Program-made: the position numbers and the translations under genes
Notes under the pieces: model-generated
Seen by the model: the letters and a program-made list of their open reading frames with translations, nothing else
Databases searched by the model: none
Told to the model about the DNA's origin: nothing
In this document: in pieces, positions 54,794 through 64,000 of the stretch
Numbering within the stretch: the first letter of the stretch is position 1
Layout: each line of letters opens with the position of its first letter
Assembly (NCBI GenBank): GCA_963555755.3
Contig: OY820905.2
Span: 480,001-544,000 of the forward strand
Length of the DNA stretch: 64,000 bases
Direction: 5' to 3'
From: Nitrospirales bacterium
GTDB taxonomy: Bacteria > Nitrospirota > Nitrospiria > Nitrospirales > UBA8639

Positions 54794-55393
54794 ATGAGCT
54801 TCGACCTCACCGGCCTTATTTTTTCCCTTTCAGCCTATCTCCTTGGTTCCATTCCATTTGGTCTGGTGGTTTCACGTCTTTGTGGTTCTCAAGATCCCCG
54901 ACAGGCTGGAAGTGGAAATATAGGATCCACGAATGTATTACGTCTCTCAGGAAAAAAAGTTGGAATACTCACGCTTCTTGGAGATTTAGGAAAAGGTTGG
55001 ATCGTAGGTTGGGTGAGTCTAACTTTTTACTCCCAAACAATATGGGGCCTGGTCGGCATGTTCGCAGTTGTGGTGGGACACATTTTTCCAGTGTTCCTTA
55101 AATTCCGTGGTGGAAAAGGCGTGGCGACTGGGCTTGGAGCCATACTCGGATTTCATTTCGGAACAGGTTTGATTCTTGTCCTGGTTTGGATGGGAACAGT
55201 TGGCCTGTTTAAATATTCTTCAGCTGGAGCTGTGCTGGCCTTCGGCCTATTTCCCTTAGTCAGTTGGATGATGACCGAAAATGATAAATTTTTAGTTTTC
55301 TCCATTCTTTTAAGCTGTATGATCATTCTCAAACATAAAGGGAATATTGAAAGATTGGTAAAAGGTACTGAATCCCGCATTGGATTCAAGTGA
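54794..55393 (+). CDS. plsY: Glycerol-3-phosphate acyltransferase
   Basis: YLLGSIP, GSGNIGSTNVLR, GHIFP, GGKGVATG, HKGNI.RL..GTE. Confidence 0.95.
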   Translation: MSFDLTGLIFSLSAYLLGSIPFGLVVSRLCGSQDPRQAGSGNIGSTNVLRLSGKKVGILTLLGDLGKGWIVGWVSLTFYSQTIWGLVGMFAVVVGHIFPVFLKFRGGKGVATGLGAILGFHFGTGLILVLVWMGTVGLFKYSSAGAVLAFGLFPLVSWMMTENDKFLVFSILLSCMIILKHKGNIERLVKGTESRIGFK

Positions 55394-55405
55394 AAGTAAT
55401 TTTTA

Positions 55406-55433
55406 ATTTGACATAATACTTCTTATCCGACAT
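55406..55433 (-). other. Probable XerCD dif site
   Basis: ATGTCGGATAA-GAAGTA-TTATGTCAAAT: 11-6-11 layout; one arm is 1 mismatch from the E. coli XerD arm TTATGTTAAAT. Confidence 0.7.
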
Positions 55434-55572
55434 TTTTATTATTTCCCTAAAATGCCGAATTTGGCATTTCCCCTTTCGAATTTTCATTTTCCCCTTCTTA
55501 AAATCGTTGAATACTTGAAAGTTTTTAATAATGCCGTTCATATGTTTTTATCTTATGAAACGCCAGAACACA

Positions 55573-55695
55573 GGGGATGTTCAAAAAGGTGCGCTCAGCA
55601 AGGCCGCAGGCCCTTTGATGCGCGGAGCGTACTCATAGTACGTGAGCACAACAAAGGGCCGAGAACGCCGCTGACGCCCTTTTTCAACATTCCCC
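55573..55695. repeat. MITE family A copy
   Basis: Nearly identical to 29136-29257. Confidence 0.88.
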
Positions 55696-55734
55696 CTTCT
55701 TGTTTACCCACCAATTCCCTTGTAAGGTACCTCT

Positions 55735-57165
55735 ATGAAGTTACCGAATCCTTCAAATAACACCCGGGCAGATCAAATACCTCAAATTTTTGTTGTTTGT
55801 TGCGCATGTTTTTTCTTGTCTCTTTCCGGACAGATTTTTGAAATTCCCAACTCCTATGCCTCCGCATCATCTCTCCTTTCCCAATCTCGAGGCATGCAGG
55901 TTCTTGAGGATATCCAAAATGCTCTCTCAGGGCTGGCCGAAGATGTGATTCCGACAGTGGTGAACGTGTCACCAATTCGGATCTTGGGACAATCCAAAAA
56001 TGTTCCTCGGCAACGGAGACCCAAAACTCCCGGATCAGGGTCTGGTGTCATTATTCATGAAGACGGGTATATCGTCACCAATAACCATGTGATTGGAGGA
56101 GGCATTGAAGCGGAAATCCGTCTGTCTGATCGAACGATATTAATCGCCGAAGTCGTGGGCCGCGATCCTGACACAGACCTTGCTTTGCTGAGAGTGCAAG
56201 TGGATCGGAAACTCCCTGCGGCAAAATTTGGGGATTCCAGTGCTGTGAAAGTCGGTCAATGGGTGTTGGCTGTAGGAAATCCTTTTGGCCTGGATCAGAC
56301 GGTCACCCTGGGGGTTGTCAGCGGAATCGGACGGGAAAACATGAACCTTTCCAAATATGAAAATTTCATTCAAACCGATGCCTCGATTAATCCCGGCAAT
56401 TCAGGCGGGCCTTTGTTTAATTTACGTGGGGAAGTGATCGGTATCAATACTGCGATCATTAACTTTGCTCAAGGGATCGGGTTTGCGATTCCCTCAAATA
56501 TGGCCAACCGAATTATCATGCAGTTGAAAACCGGAGGAAAAGTTGTCCGAGGGTGGCTGGGTGTTGGCATCCAACCATTGACGCCGAAGCTTGGGGAAAA
56601 ATTTGGCGTGGAAGATGGCAAGGGCATCCTGGTCAATGAAGTGTTTGAGGGAGATCCCGCCGACGTGGCCGGCATCAAACCTGGAGATATTATTACCAGC
56701 ATTGGTGGGGAACGATTGGAGTCGCCAAATCAATTGTCCCGTGTGGTCGCCGGTTTTGGCCCAGGAGAGGAAGTCCAAGTGAAGGTCATTCGTGATGGGC
56801 AACCGTTAACATTTCCTGTTTTCTTAGGCATCAGGAAAGAAAAGCCAATGGTGACATCATTGCCACCCATGCAAAACGGGATCGATTTAGGCATTGACGT
56901 CTCCCCCATTACCGATGAATTGGCTGATCGTTATAAAATCGATGATCGAGAAGGCATCCTGGTTACCAAGGTAGGACGACAGAGCATTGCCTATTCGGAA
57001 GGTTTGCGGGAAGGCGATGTAATTAAAGAAGTCAATCGTGTGGAAGTTCCCACTCTTTCCAATTTTCGTGACGCCCTCGAAGACATTCGCCCAGGTGAGA
57101 CCATACTCCTTCGCATCCTCAGAGAGTCACGGGCGTTCTTTGTCGTCTTAAAGCCGGAAACCTAG
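55735..57165 (+). CDS. Do/DegP-family serine protease with two PDZ domains
   Basis: GSGVII, TNNHV, DLALL, INPGNSGGPL, RGWLGV. Confidence 0.93.
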   Translation: MKLPNPSNNTRADQIPQIFVVCCACFFLSLSGQIFEIPNSYASASSLLSQSRGMQVLEDIQNALSGLAEDVIPTVVNVSPIRILGQSKNVPRQRRPKTPGSGSGVIIHEDGYIVTNNHVIGGGIEAEIRLSDRTILIAEVVGRDPDTDLALLRVQVDRKLPAAKFGDSSAVKVGQWVLAVGNPFGLDQTVTLGVVSGIGRENMNLSKYENFIQTDASINPGNSGGPLFNLRGEVIGINTAIINFAQGIGFAIPSNMANRIIMQLKTGGKVVRGWLGVGIQPLTPKLGEKFGVEDGKGILVNEVFEGDPADVAGIKPGDIITSIGGERLESPNQLSRVVAGFGPGEEVQVKVIRDGQPLTFPVFLGIRKEKPMVTSLPPMQNGIDLGIDVSPITDELADRYKIDDREGILVTKVGRQSIAYSEGLREGDVIKEVNRVEVPTLSNFRDALEDIRPGETILLRILRESRAFFVVLKPET

Positions 57166-57169
57166 TTTT

Positions 57170-57256
57170 GACGTCATGCGTGAACCGTGATCCGTGAAGC
57201 GGAAAAGTGGTAATACTTTTTACTCTGTTCACTCATCACGCATCACTCATTACGAT
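57170..57256. repeat. Inverted heptamer-repeat array between convergent genes
   Basis: cgtcatg-cgtgaac-cgtgatc-cgtgaag .. catcacg-catcact-cattacg; same type as 1422-1512. Confidence 0.6.
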
Positions 57257-59352
57257 TACCCGTTCACCGCCTGTTTCGCGGCTTTGTGCTCCTCTACAAC
57301 TTTGGTGATCACTTCCCGTGGGGCTTGTTCATAGCCGGAAAATTCCATCACATACGAGCCTTTCCCAGCCGTTATCGATGTGAGAGCTGGGGCATATTTT
57401 AAGATTTCTGCCAGCGGAACACTCGCCTTCACCAACTGGTTATGGCCTTTGACGTCCATCCCTAATATCCGTCCCCGCCGACTGTTTAAGTCTCCAATCA
57501 CCGCGCCAACCATATCTTCCGGAGCGGTCACTTCGACCAACATAATTGGCTCAAGCAACACGGGCTGCGCCGTTTCCATGGCTTTCTTCAATCCCATCGA
57601 CCCTGCCATTTTAAACGCCATTTCCGAAGAATCCACAGGATGATGTGAGCCGTCATACACCGTGACTTGTAAGTCCACGACCGGGAATCCCGCTAAGATG
57701 CCATTATGCATGGCTTCAACCACGCCTTTTTCAACTGCCGGAATGAAATTCCGTGGAATAGCCCCACCTACGATTTTATTGACGAATTCAAATCCCCCAC
57801 CCCTCGGCAACGGGTCAAGTTGCAACCAGCAATCACCATATTGGCCATGGCCCCCGGTTTGTTTTTTGTATTTACCTTGAGCTTGTGCCATTTTTTGAAT
57901 GGTTTCTCGAAAGGCCACTTTGGGTGTGTGTAAATTCACATCCACGCCGTATTTGCGGTGCAATTTTTCCAACGTGATTTCAATATGAGTCTGGCCGACC
58001 CCACTCAACAACATTTCCTTGGTTTCTTCGTTTCGACTGAATTCCAGCGAGGGATCTTCTTCAACGAGTTTATGAAGGCCGAGGCTGACTTTATCAATAT
58101 CGGTCTTAGTTTTAGGTTCCAGGGCAAAAGACATAACCGGACGATTGCGTGTAACCGCAGGCAGGATCACAGGATGTTTATCCGTACAAATCGTATCGCC
58201 GGTCAGTGTATCTTTGAGTTTGCCAATCACAACAATATCACCTGCTGACACCTTCCCGACTTGTGTCGTCTTTTTACCCAACACGCGATAGAGGTGCCCA
58301 CCCTTTTCCTTCACATTGCGAACGGAGTTGTAAAAATGAGAGTCCGCATCGAGGGAGCCAGATTGGACCTTAATATACGTCAGCCGCCCCAGGAAGGGGT
58401 CAATGGTGGTTTTAAACACATAGGCCGAGAACGGATCGCCATCGGTCATTGTGACCGCCACGTCTTCGTCTGTTTGAGGGTGGCGTCCTGTCAGTGGAGC
58501 AGCCTTGGCGCGCTCCTGTGGACACGGTAGTAATTGGGTGATGGCTTCCAGTAATATCGTGGTCCCAATATTTTTTGGGGCACTGCCACACAGCACCGGA
58601 ACACAGAAACGGTTACGGGTCGCCATTGCCAATCCCTGAAGAATTTCCTCCTTCGATAACTCCCCGTCTCCAAGGTACTTTTCCAGTAACTCGTCACTGC
58701 CTTCCGCCGCACTCTCAATTAACTTTTTCCTCGCGTCGTCAACCTTCCCCTGTAACTCCGCTGGGACATCTGTTTCCTGAATTTTATGGCTATTGGGAAC
58801 AGGAATGCCCACCTTTTGATTGAGTAAATCGATGACCCCTTCAAAGCCGGCTTCCTGGCCAAGAGGGATCGCGATGGGGATGCAGGTGATTTCCAAGACT
58901 TGGGAAATTTCTTCCAGCGTTGATTCAAAATTCGTGTGCTCTTTATCAAGTTCATTCACAAAGATCACACTTGGAATCTCCCGCTCCTGAATCACATCCC
59001 ATACCCGTTCGATTTCTGAGCGTAAACCCGAAGCGCCTATGACCAACACCGCAGCATCTGCCACATGAATGGTGGATTTCGTGTCTGCTAAAAAGTCCAG
59101 GCCCCCCGGAGTATCCAAAATATTGAATGAAGTCTCTTTGAAATCAAAATGAAGAAGGGCCGTACTCATGGAATGATGGTGGTGAACCTCTTCCGGTTCA
59201 AAGTCGCCGACAGTGTTGCCGGTTAGGGTTGACCCCATGGCAGGAATCACCCCCGCTGAATACACCAGCGCTTCAGCCAAAGAGGTCTTTCCTGCTCCCG
59301 CATACGATGCCAAAACCACGTTACGAATCGAGTTGGTCGTGTGTTGCGTCAT
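57256..59352 (-). CDS. Elongation factor G paralog (EF-G2) with degenerate GTPase motifs
   Basis: YKKQTGGHGQYG, VDSSEMAF, LLEPIM, GDLNSRRG; G1 SYAGAGKT, G3 DTPGG, G4 NELD. Confidence 0.9.
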   Translation of the reverse strand: MTQHTTNSIRNVVLASYAGAGKTSLAEALVYSAGVIPAMGSTLTGNTVGDFEPEEVHHHHSMSTALLHFDFKETSFNILDTPGGLDFLADTKSTIHVADAAVLVIGASGLRSEIERVWDVIQEREIPSVIFVNELDKEHTNFESTLEEISQVLEITCIPIAIPLGQEAGFEGVIDLLNQKVGIPVPNSHKIQETDVPAELQGKVDDARKKLIESAAEGSDELLEKYLGDGELSKEEILQGLAMATRNRFCVPVLCGSAPKNIGTTILLEAITQLLPCPQERAKAAPLTGRHPQTDEDVAVTMTDGDPFSAYVFKTTIDPFLGRLTYIKVQSGSLDADSHFYNSVRNVKEKGGHLYRVLGKKTTQVGKVSAGDIVVIGKLKDTLTGDTICTDKHPVILPAVTRNRPVMSFALEPKTKTDIDKVSLGLHKLVEEDPSLEFSRNEETKEMLLSGVGQTHIEITLEKLHRKYGVDVNLHTPKVAFRETIQKMAQAQGKYKKQTGGHGQYGDCWLQLDPLPRGGGFEFVNKIVGGAIPRNFIPAVEKGVVEAMHNGILAGFPVVDLQVTVYDGSHHPVDSSEMAFKMAGSMGLKKAMETAQPVLLEPIMLVEVTAPEDMVGAVIGDLNSRRGRILGMDVKGHNQLVKASVPLAEILKYAPALTSITAGKGSYVMEFSGYEQAPREVITKVVEEHKAAKQAVNG

Positions 59353-59419
59353 GGCTCCTCCTTTTTGAGTGTCCTCATTCTAGGCTTGCTTGAATTCGAG
59401 TGTCAATAAACCGCCTGTC

Positions 59420-59591
59420 TGTCAGGGATTTTGACGAAAGAGCGTCCAAATTCCAACCAGGTCCTGTCGAAAATAAATTTTTTGTCCAAAGCGAATTAGC
59501 GTCAAACCCTCGTTTCTTCCCGGTTTCTTAATCAAAACATCAGATTCAATTGTGCATCGAATGGGCAAACCATCATGGCATGCGAGATGCA
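59420..59591 (+). promoter_or_regulatory. sigma54 promoter with candidate upstream activator site
   Basis: TGGCATGCGAGATGCA (GG-N10-GC) at 59576-59591; GTCA-N7-TGAC palindrome at 59421-59435. Confidence 0.55.
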
Positions 59592-59848
59592 CAATAGAGA
59601 TTAACGTTAGGCAATTTCTACCGATTTAAATCAAGCAACAAAGGAGAAAGGGGGCATGGGAATACGGTATCCATAAAAAAAATTCCAATAAATCATGATT
59701 AAGCGGGTTTTGTAAACGCGCCCACAATAAGGGGCTCATGGACAGGCCTGGACCAAAGTATAAGTATAATTAATTAGGTATTAATAAAGCTAATCCTTCC
59801 ACACTCAAAATTATTCGGGAAGGAACCCATTAAAAAAAGGATTTACCA

Positions 59849-62092
59849 ATGTCACCCCTTCCGGTTCAACAAAATATTAATCTGCCACAGAGCCTTTGGC
59901 ATACCAGTGGAAAAACTGTGGTTCAATTGGAATTCCATGGAGCCACATGGCAGGGAACAATCTCGTCCCTCACAGAAAAAAACTTGTCAGTATCGGTGGA
60001 GGGATTTATTCCAATTACGATTTCCCAAAGTGTAAATTTTACAGTATCGACGGGTCAGACATTTTTGGAAATACGAGGAAAGGTTTCATCAGTCACTGTA
60101 GAGAAAAATGCGGAGGAACGTGGTGCCTCTCATTTTGGTCATATGATGGTTCAGATATCGTGGCCCCACCTTGATGAATGTACGTCCTTCCAACTTCAAG
60201 CATTTTTGGGAAGGAAAGAATGGAAGAGCGGAGTTGAACACATTGCACTGACATTTATAGCGGATCAAGCGGGAGACAGGTTATGTGATCTTTCACCATC
60301 AACCCCAACCCTATTCAAAGACCACGCGGGTTTGCCGGAACTGGCAAAGGCTTCACACCCGAAATTGATCAGCACGCCATTTCACTGTCTGAACGATTCA
60401 GGAAAGAACATTGTCGGATACGTTGATCATCAGGAACATGCGCAGGCACAAGCCCCTGTCGTGGTGTTGGCGCCAGGTTATGGTGAGACCAAACGCGAAT
60501 ACATCACCTTGGCCTATTACCTGGCGAGCAATGGGTTCAACGTATTGCGGTATGACCATACTGACCATGTGGGGGAAAGCGATGGGGATCACGAACAGAC
60601 CAGTCTTAGCAAAATGAAACAGGATATGGACACCATGCTCGACTTCGCAAAACAGAATTGGAGTCACAGCCAAGTGGCGTTAGTCGCGACAAGTTTAGCA
60701 GGACGTGTAGCGCTTAAAGTTCTGAGTAAGGATCGCCAGGTTGACCAACTCATTTTAATTAGCGGGATCGTCGATGTACGCACCACCCTGACCGCCGTGC
60801 ATCAAGAAGATTTAATTGGGGATTACCTGGATGGCACTGGCCGTGGTGTCACCAATGTGCTTGGATTTAATGTCGATGGAAACACCTTCCTCAAAGATAC
60901 GGTTGAAGGCCAGTACAGTGAATTAGCAATGACTATTGAAGATGTTCGAAACCTGACGTCTCCCGTGGTTTGGTTTTCGGCTGAACAGGATGCCTGGGTC
61001 AATCAGGAATCACACCACCAAGTGATGAATGCCTTTTCATCACAACAATGCCGGTCTTTCATCATTCCCGAAGGACTCCATCGCCTTCAAGAAAATCCAA
61101 GAAAAGCCCGTGCCGTGTACCGCCACATTGTCTTTGCCTGTCAGGAGCAACTTGGGGGGCATCCAGAAACCGGCGAACTGGTTGAACCGTCACGCAAAGA
61201 GATCGGCCAGCAAAATCGAATTGAGCGAGAGAACAATCAAACACGGCGATTTCAACACGAAGCGGATCTGGTGGATTTCTGGTCCCATTACCTATCGAAT
61301 TTTCATTATATTGCCAATAGCCATGATTACATGGCGGCCTTAGATCATATTTATCACCTCTTAGGCACTGTGTCCCCAGGAGATCGCTTGCTGGATGCTG
61401 GCTGTGGCAATGGCCATTTTGGATCATTCCTGTTTACGAAGGAATGGATGAAACGTCAACAGACCAAGAATCAACATGATGAACCCATTCACTACGTTGG
61501 TGTGGATTTTGTCGAGACGGCTTTGAAAGAGGCCAATACACACCTCAACCACGTTCTCAAGCAGGCAAACCAAGGGCCATCAACCGGCACGAATCTATCC
61601 AACATTCTTGTGCCAAAATTTTATCGTCTTGACTTGAACAAACCATTGCCATTTAGAGATGGAAGCTTTGATCGTATTATGAGCAATTTAGTCATTGGGT
61701 ATTTACGGGATCCGGCAGCCAGTATCCGTGAATTGCTCAGAGTATTGGCCCCAGGCGGCAAGTTGGTATTGACGAACCTCAAACCCTGTTCCGATTTGAC
61801 ACAAATTTATCGAAACTTTGTGGACGGGACGATCGCCGATACGGCGATTCAGGAAGCTCGGGAGGTCTTGAACAACTCAAGCCATATTCGACAAGGTGAG
61901 AGCGAAGGCGCCTTCCAATTTTACAGCCAAGAAGAATTTCACCAAGTCTTGCAATCCTGTGGCGCAGACAATCCTCGCGTGTTTCCGACATTTGGCAATC
62001 AAGCCTTTATTGGTGTCGTTGAGAAACCTGCGTTGTCAGAAAAAGAGGCACATACTGTCCCGTGCATATTAGAATCCTTGGTTGCAGCCTGA
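59849..62092 (+). CDS. Fusion: degenerate PilZ-like barrel + LuxD-type acyl-ACP thioesterase + class I SAM methyltransferase
   Basis: LAYYLASNGFNVLRYD..HVGES.G, ATSLAGR (Ser), EQDAWV (Asp), GLHRLQEN (His); LDAGCGNG, LPFRDGSFD, RVLAPGG. Confidence 0.8.
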   Translation: MSPLPVQQNINLPQSLWHTSGKTVVQLEFHGATWQGTISSLTEKNLSVSVEGFIPITISQSVNFTVSTGQTFLEIRGKVSSVTVEKNAEERGASHFGHMMVQISWPHLDECTSFQLQAFLGRKEWKSGVEHIALTFIADQAGDRLCDLSPSTPTLFKDHAGLPELAKASHPKLISTPFHCLNDSGKNIVGYVDHQEHAQAQAPVVVLAPGYGETKREYITLAYYLASNGFNVLRYDHTDHVGESDGDHEQTSLSKMKQDMDTMLDFAKQNWSHSQVALVATSLAGRVALKVLSKDRQVDQLILISGIVDVRTTLTAVHQEDLIGDYLDGTGRGVTNVLGFNVDGNTFLKDTVEGQYSELAMTIEDVRNLTSPVVWFSAEQDAWVNQESHHQVMNAFSSQQCRSFIIPEGLHRLQENPRKARAVYRHIVFACQEQLGGHPETGELVEPSRKEIGQQNRIERENNQTRRFQHEADLVDFWSHYLSNFHYIANSHDYMAALDHIYHLLGTVSPGDRLLDAGCGNGHFGSFLFTKEWMKRQQTKNQHDEPIHYVGVDFVETALKEANTHLNHVLKQANQGPSTGTNLSNILVPKFYRLDLNKPLPFRDGSFDRIMSNLVIGYLRDPAASIRELLRVLAPGGKLVLTNLKPCSDLTQIYRNFVDGTIADTAIQEAREVLNNSSHIRQGESEGAFQFYSQEEFHQVLQSCGADNPRVFPTFGNQAFIGVVEKPALSEKEAHTVPCILESLVAA

Positions 62093-62152
62093 GCAACTGA
62101 AGATACTCGGGTTTTCCCTTTGCATGTCTTCTCGTTTTCGATTACCCTCCTA

Positions 62153-62314
62153 GGAGCCTGTCCAAGATTAGACAGATCTATTGCGGATGTGGTGGATTTG
62201 GCAAGATCTTCCGATCCTTTTCGTTGAATAGTCCAACTATTCGCCTCAAACGGTCGAAATATCTGACTCAAACCCGCACATTTTCATGACGATCGTTCAT
62301 CTCGGACAGGCTCC
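62153..62314. repeat. MITE family E (IS5-like ends)
   Basis: GGAGCCTGTCC.AGAT..ATCTCGGACAGGCTCC, preceded by CTA. Confidence 0.7.
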
Positions 62315-62375
62315 GAGTCATATCCTTTCTCATATTTTTTACAGCCTAGATGATGACCTCCCACAATCAATTCTT

Positions 62376-64000
62376 ATGACGTTTTGGGCTCTAAGCGGAT
62401 TACTCAACGGTCTTGCGGCCACTGGCCTCACGATCTTGGTCTATTCTCGAGATCCGCACGAGATTCGGCATCGAACGTTTGGTTACTTTGGGGTATCAGT
62501 GGCCGTCTGGAGTTTTGGCTATTTTGCCTGGCAAATAGCTGATACCCAGGAAACCGCTTTATTCCTCACCAGGGTGTTTATGATGGGCGCCATTTGTATT
62601 CCCATCACGTATTTGCACCATATCCTCGTACTCCTCAATCGTGTCGAACGGTATCAAGCCACACTGCGGGCATCCTATGCGATCGCAGTCGTGTTTCTCA
62701 TTGGAAACACGACGCCGGCGTTTATCGCCAACGTTCTGCCTGCCCTTTCTTTTCCCTTCTGGCCACGAGCAGGATGGCTGTTTCATTCATTTATGGTGTG
62801 GTGGGGGCTCCTGGCCGTATTTTCTATCTACCTGTTATCTGTCGCAGCTAGGCGCGCGGCTGGAATAAAACACACGCAGTACCTCTATTTACTCTTCGGT
62901 ACCCTTATTGGGTACGGAGGCGGCGCAACAAATTTTCCTCTTTGGTATGACATCCCTCTGCTCCCATATGGCACCATCTTTACCACCATCTATGTTGCCC
63001 TGGTAGCCTACACCTTATTGCAACATCGGTTAATGGACTTTTCCCTCGCGTTCGAAAAAGGGGTCACGTATCTCGTATTGTTGGTTCTTGTGGCCTTACC
63101 CGTCTATCCCCTCTTGCTGCTCATGCAAAAAATATTCTGGGATCACATTAATCTCCAATTTTCATTTCTGTTGCTGACCCTCTTCCTTCTCACAGTCATT
63201 GGGGCTTACCAAATGAAAGTGGGTACGGAAGGGGCGGTTTTTCGGACATTGTTTCGAGAACGTCATGAAACCTATACCACGCTCTCTAACTTTTCCAAAG
63301 CCCTTGTCACCATTCTCGATGTGAATAGGTTAACGGATGAAATCGTTCGAACCCTAGGCCAGAACATGGGAGCCAAAACCGTCTCCTTGTATCTTCTTGA
63401 GAAGCAACAGGCGACCTATCGGCTCGCCGCCGAATTTGGAGCGCCGAAAGGAAAGACGCTACACCTCTCTACCGTTGGTCTTCACAGTCCCCTCCCGCAA
63501 TATCTTCAGGAAACACAAGCGGGTCTGCTACGCCAAAACCTAGAGCATGAGTCGCGCACCGAAGCGGCTCAACTATTGACCATTCTTCGCGACTCATTCC
63601 ACAGTGAAGTCGTGTTGCCCTTAGCCAATAAACATCGACTTGTGGGGTTTTGCTGTCTTGGAGTTCGGAGTGGTCGTGTGCTCTATTCCGAACAAGATCT
63701 CACGATTTTAATGACACTCGCACAGGAAGCGGCCATTGCACTTGACAACAGCTTGCTCTATGAAGAACTCAAAGAATCACAAGCGCAGACCCACCGGACA
63801 GATCGACTGCGATCGTTGGAATCCATGGCCGGGGGGCTTGCCCATGAAATACGCCTTCCGCTCGGTTCAATTAAAACGTTCGTCACCCAAGTTCCCACTC
63901 ACATTCAAGATCCGGAGTATGTCGCAAAATTGTCGGAAGGTGTGGCCCAGGATGTCGCGAAGATTGAACGGTTGATCAAAGAAGTCTTGGACTATGCACG
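62376..64000 (+). CDS. Sensor histidine kinase: multi-TM (HisKA_7TM-like) input, GAF domain, HisKA; runs off the window
   Basis: Not in the ORF track (no stop in window); manual translation MTFWALSGLLNG..VWSFGY..GGATNFPLWYDI; H-box MAGGLAHEIR at 63825 is in frame. Confidence 0.85.
   Translation, partial: MTFWALSGLLNGLAATGLTILVYSRDPHEIRHRTFGYFGVSVAVWSFGYFAWQIADTQETALFLTRVFMMGAICIPITYLHHILVLLNRVERYQATLRASYAIAVVFLIGNTTPAFIANVLPALSFPFWPRAGWLFHSFMVWWGLLAVFSIYLLSVAARRAAGIKHTQYLYLLFGTLIGYGGGATNFPLWYDIPLLPYGTIFTTIYVALVAYTLLQHRLMDFSLAFEKGVTYLVLLVLVALPVYPLLLLMQKIFWDHINLQFSFLLLTLFLLTVIGAYQMKVGTEGAVFRTLFRERHETYTTLSNFSKALVTILDVNRLTDEIVRTLGQNMGAKTVSLYLLEKQQATYRLAAEFGAPKGKTLHLSTVGLHSPLPQYLQETQAGLLRQNLEHESRTEAAQLLTILRDSFHSEVVLPLANKHRLVGFCCLGVRSGRVLYSEQDLTILMTLAQEAAIALDNSLLYEELKESQAQTHRTDRLRSLESMAGGLAHEIRLPLGSIKTFVTQVPTHIQDPEYVAKLSEGVAQDVAKIERLIKEVLDYA

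Noticed and set aside
59656..59676. Micro-ORF MGIRYP after a purine-rich RBS-like tract downstream of the sigma54 site
   Set aside because: Six codons cannot be distinguished from chance without conservation or Ribo-seq data
59849..62092. Bioluminescence (lux) operon
   Set aside because: Only a LuxD-like domain is present; no luxA/B/C/E in the window

Overview
Bacterial chromosome segment, most likely Nitrospirota (Nitrospirales-like); this is inferred from the UBact-proteasome locus and gene content. Layout: (1) guaB-guaA-rluB-aspS and a Tat-exported molybdoenzyme (1-7.3 kb). (2) An ~11 kb nested mobile-element graveyard (7.5-18.5 kb) with Tn3, IS3 x2, IS6, IS21, IS30 and IS91 remnants, an intact HUH Y1 transposase with subterminal inverted repeats, an 802-nt ORF-less group II intron inserted precisely in an IS3 transposase, and three ~350-bp elements bounded by an unassigned 25-bp terminal repeat. 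(3) The arc-dop-UBact-prcB-prcA-pafA proteasome operon plus an atypical clpX. (4) A PyrR-attenuated pyrimidine cluster. (5) Housekeeping genes bioA, lepA-lepB, hldA-kdsB-pyrG-kdsA-pgsA-plsY, a probable dif site, degP and a degenerate EF-G2. (6) At the right end, a sigma54-type promoter upstream of a PilZ-like/LuxD-thioesterase/SAM-methyltransferase fusion, followed by a 7TM-GAF histidine kinase; this is the best candidate for an undescribed system (fatty-acid methyl ester signalling). Intergenic space is dense with several MITE/REP-like families, and two copies are read in frame into lipoprotein signal regions. All calls come from motif recognition by eye; no searches were run.
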